A DNA stretch of 64,000 bases from Bigelowiella natans CCMP2755 (GCA_000320545.1 ADNK01001003.1:1-64000), one strand, 5' to 3'. Counted from the stretch's first letter, positions 35,040-49,200 are shown. Made by a program: numbers and translations. The notes: generated by a model from the letters alone, not told the origin.

Positions 35040-35384
35040 TGAGACGGATGTAATGAAATGTTTAAATTGTTTCAATGGTCATCCTAATGTAGCTGTGCAA
35101 TGCAGCGGCTACAGCGCTTAAATTGTGTCTGTTTGTTTCCTTGGTCACATGGCGCATGCATGAAAATGCATCCTGTTTTGGTCTAGCATGGCGCGCTTTG
35201 CGCGCAGCTTCTCGACTAGTTTTCTCTGCGGTTGTGAGACGCGTGGTCTCGTCATTGCGATCCATGATCGCTGTCAGTTGTTTGTTGATTCTGAGTCGCT
35301 GTGGTCCATGTTTCCTGCATTGCAGAATGTGGTCCATGTCTTGCAATGTGTTGCACACATCGCATATATATATATATATATATA

Positions 35385-35420
<36 letters not shown>

Positions 35421-35830
35421 GGCTTCACATATTGCAACCCATACAACAATAAAAATTAGTCACGTGCGTTAGTGGTGTAGTAAGGGTAGCGTAGCACGCA
35501 GCTTTTGAATCAATATGGATCTTGCATAATGTAGTGACTAGCGCTATAGATGTGTCGTCGCCACATAGTACGTGCGTGGTGTGATGTGCGCACAACCGAT
35601 GCATGTCGATGTAAATGTGTGTGCGCAGCAGGGTTGTTAATGTGTACGCCTTTTGCATGTAAATAAACGGCTTGCAAAGAAGGTTTGCTAGAGAAGCACA
35701 TTTATAACAAACTTGCAAGCCTTCACTACAAAGCAAAGCGCATGGCCTGCGACGCTAGTAGCACAGGGTTTTATAGCTAGCGCTACAGGCGGGGAGCTAT
35801 GCGAGAACACAAAGATCGATCAGGTACAAT
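35040..35830 (-). mobile_element. 5'-truncated LINE-like remnant, copy 3, retaining the C-terminal CCHC zinc finger
   Basis: Minus-strand THVTNFY..MG...CDVCNTLQDMDHILQC fits the C-x2-C...H-x3-C finger at the end of non-LTR ORF2. The stop is at 35062 and the terminus shared with the other copies is at 35040. A (TA)n tract interrupts at ~35364-35417. The right boundary is approximate. Confidence 0.65.
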
Positions 35831-35951
35831 GTAGCACGCTGTATTGATTAAATTGCTCGAAGTATGGACTTTTGAATTTGATGCCTGGCTAAAATGCACA
35901 ATTTGCACACAACTTCGTAATGAACTCTACATAGGCTATATATCCGTGGAA

Positions 35952-36427
35952 TTATTCTTTCCACTCATTTGCCTTTTTCCCGTGATATGCAAGAGATGCT
36001 ACCCCCAAGATTGTGTACAATCCAGCTGGGAAGATGGCCCGTGATTTCATGAACTTACTTCCAAACATACCCATTAGAGAGAGAGCAGAGACAGAGGCCA
36101 AAGAATGGCCGTAAAACCCTTCTCCTTTGTTGATAAGAAGCCCTAATAGGTGTCAATATAAGCAAACTGATACGTGTGGATTCTCAATCGATCACCTGCT
36201 CCAAGAAATCCGGCACCCAAAACAGATCCACCAATAAGGGAACCCTTGCTTCCTTTCTGGTAGAAGCACCAGCATCTTTACAAAACAACAAGCAATGATT
36301 CCGAAAATAAAACCTGCAGGAAGCCAAGAAGTCCTCCACCAATAACAAGGCCACCAACTCCAAAGGCAGGATGAGCTTCCCCTAATTGAATACAACCTCT
36401 TTTAAATGCATTCACTGGTGGGATCAT
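35952..36427 (-). CDS. TMEM14: TMEM14/FAX-family small membrane protein; exons 36427-36314, 36256-36196, 36142-35952 (~121 aa)
   Basis: Spliced product ...HPAFGVGGLVIGGGLLGFLQ|KGSKGSLIGGSVLGAGFLGA|GLLINKGEGFYGH...FMKSRAIFPAGL...AYHGKKANEWKE*, matching the GG..G..KGS..SL..G and PAG motifs. Introns are 57 and 53 nt. The ORF track misses it. The start codon is uncertain. Confidence 0.85.
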
Positions 36428-37290
36428 TTCTCACTATCCGACTCAACTCTTTGACAAGAGAAGTATCGGAGCGGTTTCGATCAATCAGATCTTGCATCCA
36501 CATCCGCTTATTTTACCCTCCTCCTCTCCCCCTACTTGCGGTGGTGCATGTGCTTCACTGACCAGGCATTCTTGTTGACGTATGCAGTGTGAGGCAATCG
36601 CAATTCCCGAGAATTCTCGCATTCCGCACTTCAAAAAGCTATGTCTCAGACATAAAAACGCCATGATATTAAATGCTGTCGCTAGGGGAGAAAGGGCGGT
36701 CTCCTGGAAAGTGCTCTTAGTAGTCGGTGAAAAAATCCTCGCGGAGACCGCTTTAATTTTATATTTTCTGGCAAAAATATGACGATTGATTTTCCCGCAC
36801 GGCCTCATGCATGACATGACATCTCTCATGGGACTTCCGCACGTTCTGTGTCAGGATTTCCACATGAGATGTCGCGTTGGTAAAAAAGCCCTGTAATTTA
36901 TGACCCTTTCAACTTCCTCTGCTTTTGCAAGACTCAATAATTTTCCCTCCTGGGAAATATCTCTGTAATTTGAGACCCCTCACCCCTCTCCGCACCCCTG
37001 GAAACAAGGCGAGGCAAAGCATTCATTGCTGAGGGGTCGCGAGTATCAATTTAGACCTGATTGAAAACCGAGTTTATTCTGAAACCCTGGAGGATAAGTA
37101 ATAACCAAAATCCCCAAGTCCGTGATCAGGTTGCGCTGAGTAGTCAGGTAAAGACTTCATACTTGAAATTTGTAGGTTAAAACTCATTGTAGCCTCAAAC
37201 TGAGAATGTCATCGTCGCACCAATTATAATTGTTCTCATGGTTTCTGTGTGCTAAATGTAAATTTCCATATCAGCCTTAAAGCACGAAAA

Positions 37291-40200
37291 ATGGGAGTTG
37301 AAAGCTCGAAATCGAAGCTCGGGGATATTCCTGACATTGACCACTTGGACGAAGATCTCGTAGCAGTCAATAGCTTGAGTGCTCATGAGCTGACAGATAT
37401 TGCCGAAGCGAAGGTTATTCGAGAGATCTTTCAGTTTATGTAGCATATATGTGCTCTCAACTATCGATGCTACCAATATTTTCAGACCTTCAAGCCACTT
37501 GGGTTGCCGAAGTTTTCGATTTCTGTTCCCGATGATATTGGAAAGGTGGTGTTATTGTTTGGCGAATGCCTGCCAATGAATTGTTATACTATGTATCGCG
37601 TGCATCTACGAAGAGTGCAGGGTGAGGATAGGTTATGCTTCTAAGCGTTGAAAGTTGACTTTGCCCTTTTCTGCACGTTTAATTTGTAATTATTACTCCA
37701 TTGCGATTTAGGTGCTCGAGGGCAGGTCTATTATTGACCAGAAATCACTACATCATACTGTAGCGGACATATCACAGCTCAAGACACAGGCGTACTCCAC
37801 ACTCGAGTTTGTGAATTCTCTTCAGTTCAAGCAACATCAGATGAAGCGCATACACCTTGCCCTGCGGCGGGAGACTGAGCGCGTGGAGAAACGGAGAGAG
37901 TCGAAGGAAAAGGCGATCAAATCTGCGCTGCGGCAAAAAGTCCCATTGTTATCCATGGGGGCAAGGATGGGAATACAAACGTGCGCTGAGTTATTCGTCC
38001 AGAATGTGCAGATCCTGCACATGACAGGTATCGCTGGCTCTGACTACCTTCCTCGAACTCTGAGGACGTTAGACAGACTGCTTAAGATGATGACGCCACT
38101 TTCGATATGCGACTCACAAGCCTTTTCACCCGATGTGGCCGTTGGCCTCGAGCCAGTACTACAAATGCTGCGTGACATGGCGGACGTGTCCAATCCGGAA
38201 TATAAGGGCGCTTTCGTCAACCGAGGTTCTCTTCTTTGGTGTAGCGTGTGTACGACGTTTAATGCCTCCCGTTTTCCTGTTCCCCCATGATATTGATAAT
38301 CGAAATATCTCCTCCTCATTTCCCTCCTCTTCTTCCTCCTACTGCCACTCTCAGGAGTTGATGCAATGTGCCACTTCGCATTGGCGCGGGGTACAGTGTC
38401 CGACGTGCTCGCAGTAGTAGAAGTTCTTTACGACAATAATCGTGCTGAACTATTAGGTAAAAGTAGCGAACAGAAAACTACTACGATGATGATAAGATGA
38501 CGAGATATGATTTTAAACTGGGTGAAATGGAGATTAGATGAATTGCTTCGAACGATAATAATAAATGACCTTCATTCTAGGTACTACTGTGAAAATGATA
38601 GGAGACAAGAAGAGGAACCAACAAAATGCAGATGGTACTGCAGCCCCTTCTTCATCTTCGTCTTCTCCCCCTCCTCCGCGGGAGTATCCGATTGGGGGCT
38701 TCTTCCGCTACATCATGAATTTCGAGCCCCAGGATCAAGGCATCTCTCTCAAGGCGTACGAGCAGAAGGTAGTGACCTTCAAGACGCTAGAGGACAAATA
38801 CTTATCGTGCCGGGGCCGCCAAGTATCCCTCCGCAGCGACTGTCACGCCTACGAGAAGTTCTATGCCGAGGTACTGGGCGACCGAATTGCTTTCCGCACG
38901 CACGACCGTCGCTACCTCTCGGCGGGAGACGGGCAGATCGTGCTCACGGAGAGCCCAGGCAGCGCCGAAAAGTTCCGACTCGTTCCAGCGCCACGCAACT
39001 CGAAATACCCTAATCACGTTGGGGTTCAGACTAACTACAAGACCTTCTTCACGTACCTCCGCGGTCAGGGCATCGTTACGCACGCAAAGCGCTACAGCGA
39101 CAACTGCCTCTTTGATATCGAGACCTCCGATGTCGTTCTGGGCAGCGAGGCTGACGAGAAGGACGCCGCAGCCGCTGCTGCGCACTCTTTGAAACCATTC
39201 CCAGAGAGCTCGGACGAGTTGATGGCTCGTTACGAGAAGGACTATCTTGACATTCGAGCAGACTCAAAGGTTTCCGGCCCTCTCTCTGCAGTCCTAGTTA
39301 TGGCTAAGCTCGAGGCGCTCGCCCTTACAGAGGCGCCAGCGGATGATGACAAGGAGCAGCTGCCCGTGATATGCAAGCCGCTCTGCGTCACAGTCTCCCG
39401 CCGCACGATAGTGCACCTCTCTCACATTATCGAGCGCACCTCCACCTCCTACTTCGACTCTAAACACGCGGCACTCGTGTGCCGCAGTATCAACGAATAC
39501 GTCAACGAGATGTACATGCTGCTGGCCGCCCTACGCATCCTCAAGGTGCACCTTTACCAGACGGTCAGATCTCGACTCTCCACAGCGGAGCTCGACGTCC
39601 AGCCCGCAGAGGTGGAACGGCTTCGTGACTTGGTATATGGTCTTCTCAAGAAGCCGCCGGCCGCGTTTAAGCTGCCGAGCGCTGCTGATAGTGATGAAAA
39701 CACAACAACCGAGGACGAGAGGGCCGCTATGGAGGCAGCGCAACGCGACGTACTCACGCGACTGAAGCGTGCCGTCCGGCATCAGGTGATGACCACCGCC
39801 TCGGAGGTGTTCGCGGCGGGCTTTGAGTTTTTCTACCCAAACGGATCGGACCAGGTCGGATATCTAGCCGACCTCCTCGACAGAAAAACGGAAAAGCGCC
39901 ATTTGCAGAGTGCGCGGTCTGGCCGAGAGCTGTGGGCTTCTGCCTTGCAGAAGCTGGGCGCATCCGACGGGCTGCTCAGGTGCCTCGCGCCCGAGGATGA
40001 TGGCAGAGATTTTAAAACTGCAAATCGCGATTCGGACGTAGGCGCAAGAAGCAGTGAGAATGAGAACCTGACGGTCTCGCACGCAGAGGACAAGCTTCTG
40101 CAGCTACTGCTTTCTCGATTCGCGTCGTTTGGCGCGGGATCACAGCTGATGGATGAGTTGGAAGGGAAGGGCGTGGTCGATAAGAAGAAGTCGTTCCTCT

Positions 40201-43200
40201 CGGTCAATAAGGTCTTCACCTTGCTCCTCAACGTCTGCTCGGAAGAAGCATTCAATCTGCTCGAAGACATCAACAACCAGTTGCAACTGACCAACAGCGG
40301 GAGGGGTACCAACGGTCTGGACCTCACCGACGACAAGCTCTTCACTAAGTCACGCGGGGCGCTTGCGATCCTCGAGAACTTGCAGAAGCAGCTGCTGGGG
40401 CGCGCCGGTCTCTTCGTGCGACCAAGCAAGAAGGAGAGGGAGACTCAGCGGACAGACGGTGTCACCAACTCGACCGTTGGATTTTCGGGAGGGGGCAGCA
40501 GGAAGGCTCATCATCTTGCCTTACAGACGCTCGTTGGTTACGCAGAGGGCCTCATCCACCACGCATCCAAGATCCTCAACCGTGCGCTGGCTATTTCCGA
40601 GGCGACGTTCAACTGCGAGGCCTTGGGAATCATGGGGATAGCTCTCCTGGAGCACACCTTCATCGGGAGACTCGCCCATTCCCTTCTTGCAGCGCTGCCC
40701 ATGTTTGCGATGCCGGAGCATCAGCTTCTCGCTTTGCGTTTGCTGCCGGAGCTTTCCCAGCTCACGGCAGCTCTGGATGGACTCGCCGGCGTTCTGAGCA
40801 GGATGCCGGGCGCGCACTCCCTGATGCCGATCCCGAAGAGGCTGACCTTCGAGAGCCGCCATCCATACCGGGGGGGCATAGACCGCAAGTTCCGCGTGCG
40901 CGTGAAGGGCGCCAAGCAGCTACGGATCGAGTTCGACAAGCGCTGTGCCACTCTCGCTAAGCACGACAGCCTGCAGATGATCGACAAGGCGCAGAATCCC
41001 GTGCACCAGGCGATGCATGGACCCGCTGCAGGCCGCGACTCCAAGAACAACAGCGAGTGGCCTAAGGAGGAGATCGCGGTCAAGGGCGACACCGTTTTCG
41101 TGACCTTCAAAACGCAGAAGGCCTCGAAGGGCGACTTCGCTAACACGGAGCTAGGCTTCGGGTACCGGTTCACGGTGATCGGGTCCGCAATGGAGAAGCC
41201 AATGGGCTGGCTCACGGAATTCAATCAGACCGCACTGCATTGCTCCGGGCTGCTCCTTGCCACCGCCATCGGTGGCTCGCTGCCGTCGGTACGCGAGGTG
41301 CACTACCGCGCGAGGCTGCGGGAGCCTTGCATCCAGGGTGGTTTGTTGAAGACACACCCTCGCTACAATGAGCTCAGCGCGGACTTGTCCACCATGATCG
41401 TCTCCCCCAGCGATCGGAATTACATTGATGGCCTTATTGCTGGCGGCGCTGTCATCCCCGCTGCGCACACCAAGCTGCTTGAAGATTTGGAGACGGGCAA
41501 CGCAAACGGGAAGAAGATGATGAAGGCTTTGTATAAAGCGGGCGATAGAGTGACCTTGGGCCGTGGCAAGGAACAGGAGCTGGCAGAGTTGCTTTCGATG
41601 AGATATTTTGCCCTCGTTCTGAGGCACACCGCGCAAACCGGCGAAGCTCTCAGCTTCCTCAACAAGAAAGTCACCCCGACTCCTCCGAAACTCCGTGCGG
41701 CCTACGAGCAAGCACTGCGTGTAAAGATGTCCGCACGGTCGTGGTATAAGGACGGCACCAACAGGGCGTCCAAGTTTGCGAAGCTCGTTGAGTACCAAAA
41801 CTTTTTCGAAACGAGGTTCGCCTTTATGCGTCACGTGGCGCCCCACCCCCTCCTCACCCAAGCCCAAGCCGACGATGGCGAAGACATGAAGGTGCAGGAG
41901 GCAAAGGAAGAGAAAGGCCACGGAGAAAGTGAAGTGAGCTTTGAGAACTCACTCGAGGCAAAAATCATGGAGTCGCTCTCCTGCTTCTTCAGGCACGGCA
42001 AAGGAGCGCTGTCTGAAAAAGTGATTGACGACCTTGCCATCGCAATGATCACGCAGCGGGAGCGAGCCGTAGCCCGGCTGATAGGCATTAAATACTGGAC
42101 AGAGTTTCTCAAGATGCAGGAACCCATGGCCCTCGAGCTGATATGCAAGCCGGCAGCCTCCGCGTTCGTCATCGAATCGGTGAAGGGCCCCCTCAAGAAG
42201 CAGCACCTCCTCGACGGAATCGAGTGCGCGGGAGGTTCCATCAACACGGAGATCTTCGAGTGCTACTACAACGAGGTGCTCCGCCGCCTGTTCCTCGTTG
42301 AGAAGGGCGCCCAGCAGCTCGAGCCGGAGAGGCAGAGCAGGCCTCTGATGATACGAAAAGGCCGTGGCATTGCCCGGCTCGCGGACCTCGTCGTACAGAT
42401 GCGGATGGCAGAGGAGAGGAGAATTGGGTACGGCATCAGAGCAATGCTGATCGACCTATGCGCCAACCAGACGTATAAGCTCACTCCCAGCGATTTGAAT
42501 GGCCTGGTGCGCGCTGGCGTCGTGAGCTTCATCGGCCAGGCGCTGCACGAAATCCTCCTTGGGTTCGCGGGGACGGACAGCAGCTTGCAGAGCATTCTCA
42601 TGCATTATTCTACTACGGAGTCGGAAGAAGAAGGAGAAGGCGGAGATTCGGCTTCTAGCGGGGTGAGAACAAGAGCTAGTGTGTTCGCGTGTTGTTTTTG
42701 TTGTTTTTTGGTGGTGGTTATGGATGATTGAACGACTGATGAATTGGTCTATGGATGATTGAACGACTGATGAATTGGTCGTTGGTTTGATGCACACATG
42801 TTGTGCGTGCATGCGTGTGTGCCGGATTGTATGCGCGCGCCTGCACCCTTTTTCTCCTTCGAAGCAGTTTTCTTAAATTGGCCCTGTCGTTCATGCAACT
42901 CAAACGCTTACTACTTCCTCCTTTGCTCACACCCCCTCAATCCCCATCCCCATCTGCTGCGTCTGCTTCATTTTGACCAGTCCTCGGTAGTCCTGCGGCG
43001 AAGGCCCCTGTACAATCTGTACGGGGTATTTTGCTTATTCCGCCTGCTACTGGCCGTGTCGGCTCAGCATTCCGACACCAGCCTGGAGTCAGCGGTATCC
43101 CTCTCCTGCCCCTCTTCCTCCGGCCGTGCACATGCCCGGATGCTCAACGAGCAGCTCATGGACATCTTGATCAAGCACCTCTCGGTTCTCAACAAGTTCC

Positions 43201-46200
43201 GTTCACAATCGCTGGAGCACTTCGGTGATATGCCGGCGGCTGCAACGATGGAGGAGGCGCAGCAGCAACTCGCGATTGCTGCTGCGGGTGCCTCTGGCAA
43301 TATGGCGTTGGTGAGCCCTAATGACAAGGGAGGCAGCAAGGACGCGATCGACGCAAGAGACAGCAGTAGCGATGGCGGGCTTCTCCTTACTGGCCAGGTC
43401 TCCGAGCAAAAGAAAAGCCCAGCTGTCTTGGCGTTCTGGCGACCCGACCTGCTTGACCCAGAGAACGTGAATAAAAAGGAGACGTCCATGAGCTTCGCGT
43501 ACTCCTCCGACTTCGACGAGAATGGAATCATTTTCTTCCTTGGCTCGCTGCGGGGCAAGTGGCACAACCCTGCACTCAAGGGCCGAAACCGGGCTCCGCC
43601 ACTGATCAAGCTCTCCGCGTCTTCTCTGAAATCCGACCCGCGATCGCTTTCGCTGCTGTGTGGCCGGACGGCGGGCCGGCTGTTGACCAAAAACGAGCAG
43701 AACGCGTGGTTCCAGCTATATTTCGGCAAGAACAAGCGCATCGTCCCCTCCAGATACACGCTCCGACACTACGCAAGCTACCATCAGGAGTGCCTGCGCA
43801 ACTGGAAGTTCCAGGCCTCGAACGACGGCCAGGATTGGATCACCCTCAAAGAGCATGAGAACGATGATCTCCTTAAGGGGAAGGGGGGCACCGCGACCTG
43901 GCCCATCAAGGTACCCGTGCAGCATCAGCACGGATGGTCGTACTTCCGCGTCATGGTCACGGGACCAAACTCCTCGGGGCGCAACTACCTTTGCCTTTCC
44001 GGCATCGAGATTTACGGTATCTTGCAGGGCAAGTTCCTCGACGAGGACCACGGAGACGCCGGGGACGCGATGGGCGGCGACTACTGGAACCGGCTAGCAG
44101 CCAGCGGCTGCAACTTCAACAACTCACCGACAACCTGTCTCGACGGCAATTCGAGCCAGCCGCTCCAGCTCCTGCGCCCCGATGATAATGACGGGTTCGG
44201 GACTGGCCTCGGCAAGAAGATCTACTCGAGGGGCAAGGTGAATCTGGAATTCAAGATCCCCAAGCTCGAGTTGAAGGACGGCGACACGAGCAAGAAGGGC
44301 CTTATCATCGGTGTAGTCAAGAGCTCCTTCCGGCCGAGACCCGGCACCAGCTTCTACGAGCACGGGTGGGGGATCATCGCCTCCAACGGACACAAGGCCA
44401 GGAACACCGAGACGAAGACGTACGGGGTCAAGTTCGCGAAAGACGCGACGATTGTTGTCCACCTCGACTTCACAGCCAAAACTGTATCGTTCAGTATCAA
44501 CGGTAAGAACAACGGCGTAGCATTTACTGACCTCGAGGGGCCTGTTGTCGCGGCAGTCTCCGTGGAGGTGGGCGCCGCGGTCACCATGACCAAGCAGAAG
44601 CATATCGTCTCTAAGAAGAAGAAAGAAGAGGGCGCCAGCGCCTTTGCTGTGAAGCCCAAGTTCAAGACGCGGAAGGTAACCCCCCTGCACTGGAAACGAA
44701 GGCTCAAACAGACCGCTCTGCTTGGCTGCTCCCTTGGCTGGTTTCACCACAAGCTTCGGGACATTGGACCCCACGGCCGCACACGAATCCCCAAGAAAAA
44801 AGTGCTCAAAAGGGAGGGCGCCACTATTGATGGCAAGGAAGTGGAGGAAGAGGACCCGGAGAAGAAGGAGGACGAGGAAGACGAGGACGACTCTTCTGCT
44901 CCCGCGGCCCCTTCAACCGCCGACCTCGGCGACAAGAAATTCCTTGTGTTTTGGGACCAGTCGGTGAAGCAACAGGATTGCGAGATCCAAGACAATGGGC
45001 TCACGTACTGCAAGACTTCTGGCAGCAACAGCCAATGGCGTACCTGCCGACTCTCGGCATGGCTATACCCGAACCAGGGCACCTTCAAGTACTCGCTCAA
45101 GGTTGAGAAGAACTCGTCCAAGTGGATGTTCATTGGCGTCGTCGGACACGACTTCGTGAATTGGACGAGCTACGTCGGCAGCGTATCAAACAAGAGCTGG
45201 GGTTATAGCAACGGTGGAACGTCATCAAGCACCACGCGGCTATGGGGGACTGGCCAGCAGTCGGGCCGGTACAACTACCAGCAACAGACCAAGTTTAAGG
45301 ATGGCGACGTCGTGACCGTGGAGTTCGACACTAACGCCAAGACAATAAGCTACCACGTCAATGACAGGAACCTTGGGGTCGCGTTCACAAACATCCCGCT
45401 GACGCAGAAGATGGCCATCGCCGTCACGCTGTACAACGTCGGGGACAAGGTGACGTACGTGCCGAAGAGCTCCGAGATCATCGGGGGGGAGGACGACGAT
45501 GAGGAGGACGAGGAGGACGAGGACTTCGAGTTCGAAAGCGACGACGACCTCGATAACCTCGAGACAGACACCGGGCTCGTGAAGCCGGAGGTGGAGCTCT
45601 ACATGTATCAGGTCCTCGAGCTACTCCTCCGCTGCTCGGCCACGGCAAGCGTGCAACGACTGCTTTGCCACCACACCGACGCCATCCAGCTCATGCTTTC
45701 CATGCTGTATGCCCCCCACAGGGACGACGAGGTCGACGAGAGCGTGAACGAGCCGGTCTCGCGTGTCGGGCAGATCCTCGTGATTCGCATCCTGTCGCGA
45801 ATCCTGCCTAATATTTCCCCTACTGACAAGAATGGCCCCCTCAAAGGGGACGGCCAGGCCCTTCTCGATGGATTCGTTGACATCATCGGCCAGTCGGCGC
45901 TGCGGGAAGTCCTCACGCAGGTACCGAGCGAGGGCAACGACGACGAGGACGAAGCTGGCAAGGGCTCCAAGGCATCATCGTCGGCGGCTGATAAGCATGC
46001 TCTTGCTGAGACTCCGGTCCCCCCCAAGGACACGACGGTGCCTTCCGAGCTCGTCTCGCTGTGCCGCATCTTGCTTCACTCTCCTCGGTGGAGCAGCATC
46101 GTCAACAAGACAATCGTCGACAATCTAACGAAGGTATCGCATCTACGATGGAACCCAGATGGCAACGATGAGTTAGCTGGCCAGGATGCTGTAGCGGTTG

Positions 46201-49200
46201 CTGCATCCGGTACAAACCCTAAAAAGGGCTCAGAAGCCGTTGGATCATCAGCCGGGGGCGCAGGCGGCCCCGAGGGAAAGAAGAAAAAAGTTGATGATAT
46301 TGAGATTCTTCATGCAGCGGATGAGTCCGGGCAGGTCACGAATATCGAGGGGCTGCACAAGAAAAGGGGCGCGCTCGCTTGTATCTTTGGCAGCGTGGGA
46401 ATCCTTGGAGGCTACGCAGAGGCCCTTCGGGAGGGTGCCAGCATCGGCGTGAATATCAACGGCGAGAGCTTGGGCGGCATCGTAGTGAAGTCGATGACCA
46501 AGACCCTCGACAACGTCGTCGGGCACTGGTACTGGTTGCGGGACGGCAAAAAGGAGGATGGCTCCCTGGAGCTTAAGGAGGATCTTAAGGTCCTCACCAG
46601 CTACAAGGAGCCCAAGACCGAGGAGAAGAAGGAGCCCAAGCGCATCACGGGAAAGTGGAAAGCCATCGGGCCCGGCATCCTCACCATCGAGTTCGGGGGT
46701 ACCACCTACAAGCTGGAGAAGCAGGATCCGCCCGAGAAGGGGGAGGAAAAGGCGGACAAGAACAGTAAAGACAAAGGCAAGGACAAGGACAAGGACAAGA
46801 AAGCCGACAAGAATGCCCTCAAGGATAAGGACGGTAAGGTGATAAAAGGTGGGGACCGCTGGCTCGTGACGGATCCCACGATGAAGCCTCAGCCCCTCGC
46901 CGTTTACATCGGCGCGAAGAAGTCCTCAGGCGGCGGGTATTCATCGATGTTTAAGAAAGATGAGAAAACGGAAGAGAAGCGAAAGACTGTGCTGGACCTC
47001 GTGACCTACGTGGACGGCGAGAACGTGAAGGATTTCCAAGTAGAGCAGCTCCACCTCCAGTCGACCATGCACCTGCCTCTCGACCGTCTGGAGCACCCGG
47101 GTGATATCCTCGTCACGCTGGGCCGATTCATCAACCTCGAGCCCCCGACCTCTCAATTGAAGGACAAGGCCATGCGCAGCAAGTGGAAGAAGCAAGGTCT
47201 TCTGGCGTTCCCGCAGCTGCTGCTCTTCTCGAAGCTCCGCGCGCAGGTTTTCAAATGCCTGTACACGATGCTGCAGAAGCCCGAGTTCGTCTCCAGATTC
47301 ACGCGTGACGGCTTCGCCTCCGTGCTTCTCCAGTCGTCCCTGATGGACACGCGCATGCTGCCCGGCGCCCCCGCAAATACCACAATGAACCTTGAGAATA
47401 CGCTCCTTGAGCTGACTGACCACCGCGAGTCCCTCATCTCTGAGATTCGCGCCAAGCTCCGAAAAGAGGAGAGCAAGGCGGCCGAGGCGCAGGAGGACGA
47501 CGGCGGCATCGATAACGATTACGGCGCCGACCAAAATAGCGGCAAGCGGCTCGAGTTCCTGGATGGAGTGTTCAACTGGTTGGGAACCAACCTCGACCAG
47601 GAACCCTGGCAGAACCCTGCGAAGAGGCGATTCGTTACCATCAAAGCAAGCTCCATCGGCAAAGGGAAGCCGGGCAACTTACTGAACGCTAGAAAGATAA
47701 AGGACATGGAGTTCGTGACCGACGACAAGCCTGAGCAGTGGATCCAGGTCGGCCTTCTTGGGGGGCTCAAGTGCTGCCCCACCTCCTACTCTCTCCGCCA
47801 CCCGCGCAAGTCCAAACGCGGCTTCTTGCGTTCGTGGAAGCTGATGGGATCCAACGACGAGAAGTTCTGGGTCGCACTCTCGATCCATTCCGACGACCAC
47901 GCCCTCACTGAGCGCAACCAGGCCTACACGTGGAAGGTGGAGAGCAAAGGCTTTTTCTTCCGGTACTTCCGCGTCCAGATGACAGGCCTCAGCTCAATGG
48001 ACGACAGCGTCCTCAACTGCTGTGGACTCGAGCTGCAGGGCCGAGTTCTCATGCCTGATGGGACGGTGGAGATCGTCGACCCGAACCAAAGTGTCGAGGT
48101 TTTCGAGCGGCCCCACTTGGAGCACGGCAATATTCTGGGCTACGGCTCGTGCAGCCAGGGCGTCCTTGGCAACGGCTCCCTGCTGAAGCAGACAAACCCA
48201 TGCGCCATTAAGCCCTCGTTCTTTTCCGGGCAGTCCGTTGTGAAGCTCTCGACATTTCACACCCACTGCATTGCACTTACGAGCGCCGGCCATGTTTACA
48301 CGTGGGGGAACGGCTCCACGAATGCCCTTGGCCACCCCAAGCGCGGCCTGAAGGATCTATACCGGCCGACGCGTGTCGAATTCGAGCACAACGAGGACCT
48401 GACCTTCCTCGACGTGGCAGCAGGTTATGACTTCTCCCTGTTCCTGGACAACGATGGGAAGGTCTGGAGTTGTGGCAAGGGCAGCTACGGACAGCTCGGA
48501 AACGCCAAGGCGACCGTGGCGGCCCCTGCCAAGGCGTGGGAGGAATTCCCGGAGCTCATGCAGAAGGATGTGGTGAGGTTGAGTGCGGGCTATCAGCACG
48601 CTCTGGCCTTCACAGTCGACAAAAAGCTGCTCGGATGGGGCCAGAACTCCTACGGGCAGCTCGGTTTCGGGAAGCCGACGACGTCCGAGAAAAAGCCTAA
48701 GGAGGTCAAGCGACCCAGTGTCACCACGATTCAGTTCGCACACGGCCAGCGCTTTTCTGCCATTCTCACCGATACGGGGAAGGTGTATGTGGCTGGACAG
48801 TGGGGTACCACCGGCAACAAGGCTACATTTACTATGCTCACTTTGCCAAAAGATACTGTAATCACACAGATCGACTCCGGATACGACCACCTGCTGATGC
48901 TGTCGACGAAGGGCCAGGTGCTCTCTTTTGGGAAAAATAAGAGCGGTGCGCTTGGCAACGGCTCCCCCACCAACCCAAGCAACACGCCTCAGATTGTGGG
49001 CGGGGTGCTCAATGAAGTCAAGGCTATTTGGGTGGCGGCAGGCGACACGCACTCTGTTGTGCTCGGCGATGACTCGTCTGTGTACTCATGGGGCCAGAAG
49101 GGACCGTTCCAGGGCCCCTCAAATATTGGCGGCCAAACCCCCGTTAAACAGGAGCTCAAGTTTGAAGAGGCGGCCGACGCGACTCTGCAGGCTGTATATG

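Noticed and set aside
27508-39125. ARP2 close to a fascin-domain gene as an actin gene cluster
   Set aside because: About 8 kb apart with unrelated genes in between; proximity alone is not evidence in a eukaryote.
42719-42780. 31-bp direct repeat of CRISPR-like length
   Set aside because: Two adjacent copies, no spacer, no cas genes, and it lies inside a spliceosomal intron.
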